A stretch of 64,000 nucleotides of DNA from Porphyridium purpureum. Its lineage: Eukaryota. Position 1 is the stretch's first letter; the number at the start of each line of letters is the position of its first letter. The translations under genes were made by a program, and so were the position numbers. The stretch spans positions 248,001 through 312,000 of the forward strand of contig VRMN01000006.1 in the NCBI GenBank assembly GCA_008690995.1, in the 5' to 3' direction. The notes under the pieces are model-generated. The model was not told where the DNA came from. It worked only from the letters and a program-made list of their open reading frames with translations, and did not search any database. Shown here piece after piece: positions 11,074 through 22,100 of the stretch.

Positions 11074-11804
11074 GCGTCTCGTTTCAGCAGTGCCGCTAGG
11101 AATGACCAAGCCCTTCGGCTGGGAATGTCGCGACCCTCGGTTACTCTGTGTTGGAATGGGCGAAACCCGGTTAGAGAACAAGAGTTCGGTTCGGAATTCG
11201 GGCGGCTGCGACAGACAGATATCAAGGCAGCCCTTCGACGAGTACAACGAACCTTCCAACGGTGAAAAGAAGTCCTGCAATCAAAGTCCGGCCCCCAACC
11301 GGCCGATGAACAAACTGGGTTTGCTTCTGTGCAAGGGTTGCGTTTCAGCCCATGCTGTGGGCTTAAACTGAGGAATTCAGTGCTTGACGGCCCACGAAAT
11401 AGCGCGTGACGCTCATGACGCATTTCGCAGAACATATGAGAAACATACTTGTGATAACTTCCTCGGCGAGCAGCGCAGACGCTGCTGCGGCTCATCTTTC
11501 CATGTTCTAGTCAGGAGTATTTTCGTGCGTTTTGCGATGAAAGGGTTCTTCTTCATCCACGGAAAGATATCGACCGGAGCGAAGGACATCGCATCGTGTC
11601 GTCCTCGTCACGAAGCGACCACATCTGAAGGACGCATCGTTGACGCGTGATCACACGCGCGCGTGGGACATGCGGCGCGCGCATCGGGAATTTTTTCTGT
11701 TTCGTGTGTCCCAAAGTACAGTTATGGGTACACTATAGAAAAGGTGAGCGCGGTAGCAAACGCGGGTACGGAAGATCAGCGGAAGACAGGGAGGAAGAGA
11801 GACG

Positions 11805-12194
11805 ATGAGTGAGCCGACGATCTCGCGCGAGACGCTTTCGACGCACTCGACAGTGTCGAAGTTTGCCGGGGCCGAGGACTTTCCGTGCCTCTTTCGCACG
11901 TCACAATGTCCGGACAGTTGTGGCCACGGTGGCCTGGTAGCCGTGTTTCAGGTGGACGAGTATCTTGCGTACAACAAGCTCGGGCAGTATGGCGATGAGA
12001 AGCAAGATAAGTTTCATATCAAGGTGTCGAAATTAGACGACACGGTGCGCGGCATTTATGCCCAATTGAAGCCGGGTGACGAGGTCTTGCTCGACTGGAA
12101 GCACGACTACGTGACCAGAACAACTTACAGTGGCGGAAAGGATTTCACGTCGAAATCTCCAGAACGCCCGATTACAAAGCTCAAGAAGAAATAA
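11805..12194 (+). CDS. Hypothetical protein with CxxxxxxCPDxCxH motif
   Basis: Clean 129-aa ATG ORF with globular composition: CLFRTSQCPDSCGH, YGDEKQ, LKPGDEVLLDWKHDYV, PERPI; GTACAG/GTACAC motifs upstream. Confidence 0.75.
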   Translation: MSEPTISRETLSTHSTVSKFAGAEDFPCLFRTSQCPDSCGHGGLVAVFQVDEYLAYNKLGQYGDEKQDKFHIKVSKLDDTVRGIYAQLKPGDEVLLDWKHDYVTRTTYSGGKDFTSKSPERPITKLKKK

Positions 12195-12220
12195 CTGCAT
12201 GTCCAGTAAAAAATGAGGGC

Positions 12221-12862
12221 ATGGAGAAAATGGTCACGAGCCTGCTTGGAAATGTCGTTGGCTGGCCGCTGTTTCGCAGCTCGGCTGTCTGCCGACAGTA
12301 AACTGCGTTGCGCTGGTAGCTTGAGCGCCAGATCTCTGGAACTGTGATCCGCATTCGACCAAGGCAGGCGAGACTTTCATTTGTTCTGACAAACGATGAG
12401 GAAGTCGTGGCTCGCAGAAACCAGTTTTGTTCTGATGAAAAATGGGCCTCGTGCTGTTCGCAAGGAAAGAATTTCAACCTGGCTGGTGTGGTTATGGTGG
12501 AGAGATCGCTTCGTGTATTTCCTGGTCAAAAAGACGAACTTTACATCCAAGCAATTTATCTGTCACTAATCTTGAGAGCGTCAAGGGCAATGTGGGACGC
12601 TATTCTGGACGTGGATTGTGCGCTGCTGGTCGAGCAAAAGCCTTCAGTGCACCATCGACGCCTTTTTGTGCAGAGGAAGGTGCCAAAGCTGGGCGTAAAC
12701 GTGGACGTGGTGGAGAAAATGATCGCGATGCACGCAACGAAAGTACGTACCTTCACGGAGCATGCCGAGTCCTGCGATGAGCACTTTGGCAAACCATCAC
12801 CCGGCAAATCGGCGCTCTTTGACCTCGCATCCAAAGTCGCAATGTTCGTGCGTTTCGAATAA
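12221..12862 (+). pseudogene. Degenerate ORF, possibly a glycosyltransferase family 92-like relic
   Basis: ATG 12221 is in frame with ORF 12344-12862 but interrupted by TAA (12299) and TAG (12317). WDAILDVD (DxD) and GKSALF are loosely GT92-like. Confidence 0.3.
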
Positions 12863-14158
12863 CCTCTAAGATTCGAAACATGATCATCGTAAGGAGCAAC
12901 GAGGCATCCGATCGATTCGCGATGGTGACATGATCCCGTTCTCATACAATGCAGGAATCTCGAAAGGCTTGACAGGGAATCGACGAGAGGAGCTCCTAGC
13001 GAGCAAAGACTTTCTGCGCACGTGCGAGCGATACATTTCGCCTGGACACGTGCGAGTTGCACGATTCCCAGGGCGGTTGCCGTGGCGTCGCACGGCGCTC
13101 TGAAAGACCTGTATCTAACCCGCGGGGTTGTCCTTTTCCAGGGGCCCCTTCATCAGTCCGGTGGTGCGTGTAAGAAAAGGGACGTTTCTTGGCAAACGGA
13201 ACACAGTGAAGCGACCAGAGGAGAGCGGCCAATTGGCCTCGCCAGAGCCCCGGAAAGACATCGCATTGATTCTGCCACCAGAGCACTAGACTGTCTCGTC
13301 GTCTAGGGGACATGCATAAACAATCTTCATGTCGACTGGCCATACTGTCCCGCGCGATGCGGAGATGCGTTTACTAGGCGGCTGAAGGCCGGTTTTCGTG
13401 CCTCTGAGCTGAATGCGTGGCCGCCGGCTATTGTGACCTTTGGATGTATGTGTGCAAGCACGGTCGTGTTTTGCAGGCGGCAGAAGATCTTCCGTGTGTC
13501 GGTTTGAAGCAGCGCCAAGTTGATATTTTTCACATGGCGATTCGCCACGTTCCCGCATATTGGTGTCGGCGGCGAACCGCGCGTACATGTCGCCGGTATG
13601 CTGGGTGAATTGCTTGGCATGCCAAAGCACCTGATCCACGAGGAGATGCAGATGCCCCGCACAATAAGAGCAGCTAGACGCGGAGCACGCCGCGGCTGCG
13701 CTCACTGGAGCGCGTGACGTTGCCACCATGCTGGGTCCAACAGGCTCGTCCTGTGTGTGAGTTTGCTCCCGCTCGAGCAGTGGGACGCCGACGCCAGAGT
13801 GCTCACACGCGCGCCGAACGTGCGACGCGGTTGGTGTAATCTGTCCAGCGGCAGTCCGCAACTCAGCGTGTCGCCGCACGACGACGCGGCGACGATTTGA
13901 TTCGGCACCGTCTGAGCGCCTGTCGACGCCGCTCGCGCACGCCGCAACGCACGGATACACGTGGCGCGATTCACACCGGCCACATTTTCGTCGCGATCAC
14001 CGCGTCCCACAGCTCACACTGCGCATGCTCACTCTGCGCCGGCGCTCTAACAGATTCGCTGCGTTTTCTCATAAAAAAGCGAAAAGGGAAGGGGGAGAAA
14101 AGCAGGGTCATCATCACACGGTTGGACAAGATTCTTATTGGGTCACTATCTATGCATA

Positions 14159-14186
14159 CAGTCCTGGCCAAGATGTTTGCAACACC
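14159..14186 (+). repeat. Left terminal inverted repeat of the Tc1 element (28 bp)
   Basis: Exact reverse complement of 15674-15701; begins CAGT after TA. Confidence 0.95.
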
Positions 14187-14413
14187 CTCATAAAAAGAGA
14201 AATTCGTGTAAAAGTGAAGAATCTTGATAGACAAGGGTATGTTTTGAGCACGCCAATCGATCGCACGTCCCAAGAAACACTGGGGAGCGTCCAACGGGAG
14301 GAAAAGGCAAGGAAAGAGCACATGGGCAATGGAGACACCGAAAAGGGGTATTGGCGAGAGGCGCAAGTTTTGGAACGTAAGAAAGAAACACGAAGATCAA
14401 GAAGGATGAGACT

Positions 14414-15430
14414 TTAGTACTTGGTGTGGTGGCCGCGCACGTCTAGTACAGCTTGAAGACGGCGAGGCATGGACTCCAACAGTGGAACTACGTACTTTTG
14501 GGCCTCGGTCGCCCACGCCGCAAGGACGGCAGCCTTAAGTTCTGCGACGCGTGCGAACTGGCGGCATTTTCGGTAAACCACGCGCGACAAGACGCCCCAA
14601 ATGTTTTCAATTGGGTTAAGGTCCGGAGACCTTGCAGGCCACGGCAGCACAGTGACGCCGAGTGCGTCGAGCCACGCCTTGGTCGAGTTGGCCGTATGTG
14701 CCGGGGCATTGTCTTGCTGGAAAGTGAAATTGAAGTCATACATTTCCAGGCCGAACGGAAGCAAGGCTTCCAGCAAGACTTGTTGATACTTCACGGCATT
14801 CAAGCCACCCTCGACGAAGACGGCCATTGTTAGGCCGCGCAGGGACATACCGGCCCACATGTGAACCTTGCCACCTCCAGAGTGCTGACGCCTGGCGTAC
14901 GAACTTGACTTAGCGCGACAGTCGACCCATCGCTGCGAGGAGCCGAATGGGCCATCGCAGCTCCAAATCTTCTCGTCTGAAAAGACCACTTGATGCCAGA
15001 AAGCCATTGGTTTCGCAATGAATGCGGTGGCAAACGCCAAACGCTTCCTGATGTTGTCAGACGACAGCGAAGGTTTCCGCGAGACTCGCTTGTAGCGAAG
15101 AAAGCCTGCTGCTTGAAGCGTCCGACGCACTGTCCTGGCCGAGCACTGCAAGTGCAGCTCGTGAACCACCTGTCCGGACGTCAGTGCATCAACAGATACG
15201 AAGCGAATGATGCGGCGTTCCGATTTGCGACTCAAAAGCCGTTTCGGACCTGGCTTCTTGCGGACAATTCGGCGCCCCCTTGACGCCAGATAACGGCTCA
15301 CAGTTGCATAGGACGGTCGCGAGCGATCTGGGCGAGGCTTCAGAGCCTTCGCAATGGCTCGCACCGACAGCTCCTGGCCCGCAAGGGCGTCGATCTGCCC
15401 TTTTTCGTGTTCCGACAGCCACGGCGCCAT
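14414..15430 (-). CDS. Tc1-like transposase (HTH + DDE, DD34E)
   Basis: N-terminal paired-like HTH (LSVRAIAKAL, SARTVRRTL); VVFSDEK, FQQDNAPAH and WPARSPDLNPIENIW, with 34 residues between D2 and E. Confidence 0.97.
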   Translation of the reverse strand: MAPWLSEHEKGQIDALAGQELSVRAIAKALKPRPDRSRPSYATVSRYLASRGRRIVRKKPGPKRLLSRKSERRIIRFVSVDALTSGQVVHELHLQCSARTVRRTLQAAGFLRYKRVSRKPSLSSDNIRKRLAFATAFIAKPMAFWHQVVFSDEKIWSCDGPFGSSQRWVDCRAKSSSYARRQHSGGGKVHMWAGMSLRGLTMAVFVEGGLNAVKYQQVLLEALLPFGLEMYDFNFTFQQDNAPAHTANSTKAWLDALGVTVLPWPARSPDLNPIENIWGVLSRVVYRKCRQFARVAELKAAVLAAWATEAQKYVVPLLESMPRRLQAVLDVRGHHTKY

Positions 15431-15673
15431 TGTTCGGCCGTCGCGCGCTCAATTTCGATCTGGAGACTCTCCGCTTGCGCACGACGAGATGGATCAGCGA
15501 GCGAAGATCCTTTGAGCACCTTCTGATGGTCTGGGGAAAACAAAAACGCGCGCGCCGCGCCTTGGTTCATCGTCATGCTCGATGTTGACAATGTTAAAAA
15601 AAGAGTTAAAAGTAAGTTTTCTTTTAAAATGGGCTATTTCACGATAAGATCCAATTTTTTGGACCAAAATGCA

Positions 15674-15701
15674 GGTGTTGCAAACATCTTGGCCAGGACT
15701 G
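15674..15701 (-). repeat. Right terminal inverted repeat of the Tc1 element (28 bp)
   Basis: GGTGTTGCAAACATCTTGGCCAGGACTG followed by TA. Confidence 0.95.
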
Positions 15702-15968
15702 TACATCGCGGTTTGATTATGCGTGAGCGGTTGACGGTAACAAACTCTGCTTGCTTTGTGGGGTTGATGAATTCTGACACGTCGCCCATAGCGCGTTGGT
15801 GCAGAAAAGGGGTCATGGCGTGATTGTGTGGCGGGCGCTTGCGACGCCGCATGGGCGCCGCGCTCGGTATTCCGCCCGCTCGGGCTCCACCGCCTCCGCA
15901 GCGTTGCATGCCCCGCGGCTCCGATCATGAGCGTGTCCCACCATGCGGCCGGGCATGGCCAGCGGGGC

Positions 15969-15998
15969 GCACGTGGGTTCGTGCCGCGAGAATATAAA
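15969..15998 (+). promoter_or_regulatory. G-box (GCACGTGG) + TATAAA upstream of the 16143 gene
   Basis: CACGTG at 15970-15975 and TATAAA at 15993-15998, ~150 bp before the ATG; the same motif pair occurs at the paralog. Confidence 0.5.
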
Positions 15999-16142
15999 GA
16001 ACGTGGCGATGTGTGAGTTTCTATCCTACGCGTGACCTCGTCGAAGCGTGCAGAGCGGGTTTGTCGATGTGGGGCTAGGTGAAGAGAAAAGGTTCACACG
16101 AGGAACGTACGCACACAGAGAAGCAGCTAGCAAGAAGGCGTC

Positions 16143-16577
16143 ATGGCAAGTATACAAACCCCACACGAGATGGCAAGAATACAGACGCGGGGCGACGCGT
16201 TGTCGGGTCGCGCTGACGCGCGCAAGAACAAGGAGGAAGTACAGGCGCGTACAAGACTGTTTCTGGGAGTGGGCCCGCTTGTGCGAACCGACGAGAGACG
16301 GCTTTTGGATCTTCAAACAGAGCGGAACACCACGGAAAACGCCAGAACGATGTACGAACGGCGCGATATCGTCAAGGTCTCTGGCGCCGTGTTTTCCGAA
16401 AAGGAGCCCGACCGGGCGTTGCAATATATGCAAAGCTTTTTCGACCCGCGAGAGACCGTGCCTTTCTGGCTGGTGCCGAGTCCGAAGGGCGACCTCAGCT
16501 CCAACCGGTGGGGCTCCGGCGAGTTCTCCAGTAGCGGGTCAGAGACGAAGGACAGTGCGCCCGAGCCGCCACGATGA
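16143..16577 (+). CDS. Unknown protein, paralog A (LQYMxxFF..PFWLVPS family)
   Basis: 144-aa ORF sharing a ~60-aa core with 17928-18356; Ser-rich tail; TATA upstream. Confidence 0.75.
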   Translation: MASIQTPHEMARIQTRGDALSGRADARKNKEEVQARTRLFLGVGPLVRTDERRLLDLQTERNTTENARTMYERRDIVKVSGAVFSEKEPDRALQYMQSFFDPRETVPFWLVPSPKGDLSSNRWGSGEFSSSGSETKDSAPEPPR

Positions 16578-17574
16578 AGAGGGTTTCTGTGGCAACGCCG
16601 GTGCAAGTCTAAATTTAGTGCGAGATAGGCTCGGAATTTTCGTGTATAAAGCAGTCGAGCTCCATCGCATCCACTGTGCGCTTGTCGCCACCCGTTTCTA
16701 CAATCCAAAGTCAAGTCGGTCACCAGCCCCTGTCCCGGCCGTGCTCAAGGCCCGCCCGTTCTACGCGCTTGACACCATGTCGCACGCTCGCCGCCACGCT
16801 CGCGTGCAAAGCCAGTCGGGTCCACACCTTCACGGCACCGGACCACGCGCACGCCGTTCTGTGGCACGCACATCGTAACCAGCATCCCGAACGACGCACG
16901 CACGACTCGTAATCAGCTTGGCTACGGAACGAACGTTAGGACGCCCCCGAAAATATCGCGCAGTGATCCTAAAAAAAAGAAATCTTCGTAGATCGATTCG
17001 TGTAATGCGACATGCGCCACAAACCAATCGATTTTGCTAGTCTCGACGGTCAGTGTTGCGCGGGTGTGGTTTGTTTGTGTGTGCGTGTGTGTGTTTCCAT
17101 GCACACTGCGTTCTGTGCCGGGCTGTGTTCCATGCTGGCGGGTGTACGGAGCACGTGGAAGCGGTGGTGGTGCCCGCACGGTCCGATATTAAATTTTCAT
17201 TGTTTACGCTGCTCATCGGTTTTGGCGTGATGAGGCGGCGCGCGACTCGCTCGGCTCGCTCGGGCCGCTCGCGCGCGGCGCGAACGTCCGCTCGGCACGC
17301 CCGAAATCCAAGAGCGCAAAAGGGGGCACACCGGCACGGCAGGCGGAGAAAGTAGTGGGGAGCGAGTGGGGACTGTGATTGTCCGGCGTCTGTTTGGAAT
17401 GACCGGGTTGATGAGGAGGAAGGGTAGAAACACACACACGCCAAGACGACGCTTGACACGTCTGAATGTAGCGCTCCGTTCTCGCGTGGTGCAGTCACGA
17501 ACATAGCACGCGTGCGCGCAAACGGCACCGTGACCGATCGTGTTGCGCGCAGCCGCGCCCGCCCTTCCAGCGCG

Positions 17575-17612
17575 CGCCGTACTGAGCGCAACGCCGTACT
17601 GAGCGCAACGCC
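17575..17612 (+). repeat. 17-bp tandem duplication CGCCGTACTGAGCGCAA x2
   Basis: Units at 17575-17591 and 17592-17608, followed by CGCC. Confidence 0.85.
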
Positions 17613-17671
17613 CGCGGTCGCTAAAAATGGAACGTGGAGCTGCGTGAGGCGTATTCCGCCCGTGCCATGTT

Positions 17672-17780
17672 GCACGTGGTGCGGCGATACGCAGCGTGTT
17701 TCTACTGTGGTGCGCTGGAGATGGGCTCGCAGACGCACGCCGCTGGCTCGACTCGCCCATTCCAGCGGCGGTTATATAAA
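17672..17780 (+). promoter_or_regulatory. G-box (GCACGTGG) + TATATAAA upstream of the 17928 gene
   Basis: CACGTG at 17673-17678 and TATATAAA at 17773-17780, ~150 bp before the ATG. Confidence 0.5.
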
Positions 17781-17927
17781 CGGACGGAGACCTCGTGTGC
17801 CGAACAGTCATGCGTCCAGCCGAAGAGGCACAAGGCAGAGAGAGCAGGGCGGGCTCAGCAACAGAGCAGCAGAGCGAGAGCCAGTGGCTGAATTACAAGC
17901 AGGTCGCATCAGTGTTGTCGAGAAGCA

Positions 17928-18356
17928 ATGGAGGATCCACGCAACAATACACGTGTTGGGCATGCGGACGACAGCATGGGCAGGCGAGCGCGCAGGTTCA
18001 TGGCTTCGGCAGCAATGGTTGAATCTTACAAGGGCCGGCTCGCTGAAGAGAGGAGACGTATGGAATTGGAGACGGTGAAGAACACATTCCGAAATGGCAC
18101 AATCGCCTTCGAGCGCGAACACATAGTACAAGTGTCCGAAGTCGTCTTTGAGGACGAAGATCTCGAGAAGAGACTCCAATACATGGCGACATTCTTCCCG
18201 CCGGAGGAGGAGATTCCGTTTTGGCTCGTGCCAAGCTCACGCATAGACTCTGCGTGCAGCGGCTCATCCTCGAAGGATGACTTGTCGAGCAGGACGTCGT
18301 CCTCGGCTTCAAGTCTGGAGGGACGCTCTGAAAGAAACGTAACCCTGATTGTCTAG
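17928..18356 (+). CDS. Unknown protein, paralog B (LQYMxxFF..PFWLVPS family)
   Basis: 142-aa ORF; ERE HIVQVSEVVF..LQYMATFFPPEEEIPFWLVPS aligns with paralog A. Confidence 0.75.
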   Translation: MEDPRNNTRVGHADDSMGRRARRFMASAAMVESYKGRLAEERRRMELETVKNTFRNGTIAFEREHIVQVSEVVFEDEDLEKRLQYMATFFPPEEEIPFWLVPSSRIDSACSGSSSKDDLSSRTSSSASSLEGRSERNVTLIV

Positions 18357-18389
18357 ATAAAATTTATGTTATATGCGCAACAACCTTGA

Positions 18390-18995
18390 TCACTTCAGAG
18401 AAAGCGCAGCAAGCGCCGCCTCTTCAAGTTGCAAAAAGGTTTCGATGGCTTGCCGTGTCACCAAGAGACTTGCCTTGCCCGCCTCCAAGTCGCGCTTCTT
18501 CGCTGCACTATCGAGACTCTGCAGCGCACCAGTCACAGCCTCGCTACTCGCCCGTGCCTGCACCCTCACCGGTTCAGCAAGCAGCGCGCTGAGCTTATCC
18601 ATGAGCTCGCGTCTCTCATAATTATTGAAGAGCCTGGCGGCGCCTCGAATCTGCTTGAAGTCGTCCGTGTCACCCGTGAGCAGCTGCTCAATTTCATCCA
18701 ACTGCTTCGCAGCATCGCGCACGGCGGCAAAGCCCTTCTTCATACCTTCGCGCTTCTCCTCCAGCTTGCGGGCGTCCAGCGCCTGCTTCAACTCACGTTC
18801 CTCGTCCAGCACAGTGCGCATCGGCGGCGTGCCCGCCCGAGCCGGGTGGCCGGCGTGATGCCAGACTGAGGCGACACCTCCCACACACAGCGCGCGTTTC
18901 AGAAACACGCGCCTGTTCGGCAGGGACTGGCACGAGCGCGACACATCTCGCTTTGGTAGCGCCGCTGCACCGGGCGCAACAAAGCCGCCTTCCAT
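18390..18995 (-). CDS. Plastid thylakoid-lumen protein, PsbQ-like helical bundle
   Basis: MEGGFV transit start, twin-Arg NRRVFL, hydrophobic stretch and ARA cleavage site, then an all-helical ~145-aa domain. Confidence 0.6.
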   Translation of the reverse strand: MEGGFVAPGAAALPKRDVSRSCQSLPNRRVFLKRALCVGGVASVWHHAGHPARAGTPPMRTVLDEERELKQALDARKLEEKREGMKKGFAAVRDAAKQLDEIEQLLTGDTDDFKQIRGAARLFNNYERRELMDKLSALLAEPVRVQARASSEAVTGALQSLDSAAKKRDLEAGKASLLVTRQAIETFLQLEEAALAALSLK

Positions 18996-19123
18996 TGGTC
19001 AAGTTCTTTGCTGATCCTCAACTCCAGGTTGCTCGAAGTCTTAGGATATTTCTCCTTGTGTTGGTTCGAGCAAGGGGTCGAAGGGCGTTTGTGTTGACGC
19101 ATGTGCGCGAATGCTCGCTGTCA

Positions 19124-22100
19124 ATGGCGCTGCAGCGAGTGTATGCGTTACAAGCACGGCTGCAGGCAAAGCTGGAGAATGCGTGCGGCGCGTATGGCGC
19201 ATTCTGGGTGACCGGGGGATGGTGGCGGTGTGTGCCGGTCCTCGTAGCCGCGGCGCTGGCGGCCTCGCTCATTGCAGGCATGTCACAGCTCACCGTGCAG
19301 CAAGACGTGAATAAGTTGTGGGTGCTCGAAGGCACGCAACTGGAAAACGACCGAGCGTTTTATGAGTCGAGGTTTGGTGGGTTGGACAGAACGACGTCAC
19401 TGGTTATCAGCAATACTGAACGAGAGGCCAACTCGCTCACACCAGAACAACTGCGAGCGTTGCACGGGGTATCTTCTCAGCTGCTGTCTCCGAGCTCCGT
19501 TGCACCGGGCCCTCAAGTGAAGGTGCTGATGGACGTCCAGCCAAGTGGCGTGAACACGACGCCCGCGCTGGCGTTCCAGAACGACTTCAGCGTGCAACTC
19601 CAGGTTCCATCTTTGCTGCGACCTGGCGTGAGCTTTCCTATCACAGATCTCAATTTTCTATCGTATGCTTACCAGCAAATCACGCAGTGTCTGGCAGACA
19701 ACAACGCGTTGCGAGATGTATCAGATCCCGCACAACCGCTCGAACCACTCGCGGAGAAGTGGGGCATCTCCGAGTTTCCAACGGTGCGGAACTCGCCACT
19801 CGATTGTTACCGAGAGGGAAGCTTTGACTATCCAGCGGACTTGAAGGAATTGGATCGTGTGGCGCGCTCCGTGTACTACGCCAAGAACAATTTATATGCC
19901 GACGTTGGCATCAACACTTCCGAAACATATGAGACGTGCAAGCAACCACTGCTGGTCTACTTTACGACGTTGTTCACCTTCCAGGGCTACCCACCCGCCC
20001 AGGCCGCGGAGCTGGGCGCTCAGTTTGTGTATGGCGCCACAGATCTCCAGACAGACCAATTCGCGACCTGGGGGTACTCGTGGCGGCCGCGTTTTGACGA
20101 CATGACGGAGGAGGACCTGCTTCTCCACCTCCAAGAGGCCATGCAGAATGCAGCAAATGAGTCGGTCACGCCGCTTGATTGCAGTATTGGCGGAGCCTCA
20201 TGCTGTCTCAGCTGGAATGCGTTCGCGGTCGATTTTGAGACCTTCATCGGTGATCTGCGCTACAACAACCAGGGGGCACTTGAGTATGTCGGTTTCTTGC
20301 GAAGCGGGTTTATTGGCGCCAACAGTAACGAGGAGGCCTTTGCGATGCGAGTTGCGACCTTATTCGGTGCGACAACTGAGGCTGAGCGTCAAGCCTTGGT
20401 GCTAGACTGGGAAAGTAATGTCATTTCTTACTTTCTTCCCATGCATGAACGAGCCCAGAGCACCGACTTTGCACCAGGTCGGATCTACGCCGATTCGCTC
20501 TTAAACTTTTACACCACCAAGTCGTCCGACGACGTGGCCGAGGAAGGGAATCGTGTGCCTGTGGGGCTCATTGTCGCGTCGTATGCGGTCATGACAGTGT
20601 ACACGTCACTTTCGTTTCTGAATTATTCCAGACCTGTGGGCTGGCGTAATGTCGTTTACAGCCGCTTGGTGGTGGCTTGGTGCGGTCTAGTGTCCGTAGC
20701 GTTGGCCACCTTGTGCGGATTTGGTGTTCTGTCCTGGGCGAACGTGGCTATTTCGCCCGTCGGAATCAACCTCGCCCCTTTTCTTTCGCTGGGCGTGGGG
20801 CTTGATGATATTTTTGTGGTTGCAGGTGGGCTGATCGAGAGTGGAAATCTGCAGAACACGCCAGAGGAGCGCATGCGCGCTGTGATGCGAGCCGCGGGAC
20901 CTTCTGTCATGCTCACAACATTCGCCAACATGTCGGCATTTTTCATTGCATCGTCTGTGCGCATTCCGGCTTTGTACTCATTCTGCTACCAAATTGGAAC
21001 CACGCTAGGATTCAATCTCATTTTCTTGTTCTTGTTCTTCGTACCGTGCTGCGCGGCAGACTGCTTGCGCGTGCAGGCTCGCATGCAAGACTTATTCCTG
21101 TGGAGCTGTGTCAAGTTGGACCCGGAGACTATCCCGGACGAGCTCGAGGCCAAAAAGACGTCACCGTTTTCGCTCGGCCGTTTCGCGTCGGACGTACTCG
21201 GTCCGAAGATTTTGCTGCGCTCTGTCTGGAGCAAACTTGCCGTTCTGGGCGTGACCCTGGCGTTTCTAGTACCTATAATTGTCCTTGGTGCGCTGCGGTC
21301 ACAGTCCGGCCTTCCCTTAAGTGAGGTGGCACTGGAAGGTTCGTACCAGGCTGCGTACGTCACAATTCAGGAGCAATACTTCACAGGCTACGTGTCGTGG
21401 CTGGTCACGGAAAATGTCACGTTCCAGGATCCACAAGTGCAGACCGCCATGCTTCAGCAGCAGCTGGCTATCGAAATGTCCAAGCATGCCAGTGACCAGC
21501 CCTCGCTTCGACAGACGTCTTGGTTCAGCAACTCGACCGCCAGCTTTCTTGGCAGCGTAAATCTGCCCATGGGTATGAACGTGGACACGCCAGCAGATAG
21601 CAACTCTTACTATGAGAGCTTTTTTCAGTGGACACAGACCGCCGGGACCGGCTTTGAAAATGATATCTGGTGTTACAATAGTTCTGCCGAAATGTCGAGC
21701 GACGATGGAAACGGCTTGAATAGTGTCCCATGTGTCCAGTACTCTTTTGCAACGCTCGAGACGAAGCTCGGCGGGACAAGACAGCAGTTCATTCAGAGCG
21801 GGCTCACCGAAACTGAGTACTTTGTGGATGCTATCAACTCGGCTCGCGATGCTGCATCTCAGACCAACGTAGATGGAAATCGCGCGTTCGTGTACGGCTA
21901 TATTTACGAATTCTGGGAGCAATATGTGGACATCTACGCGACTTTGTACCAAGTCGTTGGTTTCTCTCTGCTTGGAGTGTCTATTGTTACCGCGCTCCTG
22001 ATGATGTCGGCCTGGTGCGCCTTTCTCGTTGTGCTCCTGTGCCTAGTCATCACGTTGGAGCTGTACGGCATCAGCACGCTGGTGGGGATTCGCGTGAATG

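Larger units (their letters stand above)
14159..15701 (-). mobile_element. Complete Tc1/mariner-superfamily (Tc1, DD34E) DNA transposon, 1543 bp
   Basis: Perfect 28-bp TIRs CAGTCCTGGCCAAGATGTTTGCAACACC (14159-14186 and 15674-15701), flanking TA at 14157-14158 and 15702-15703, and an internal intact transposase. Confidence 0.97.
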
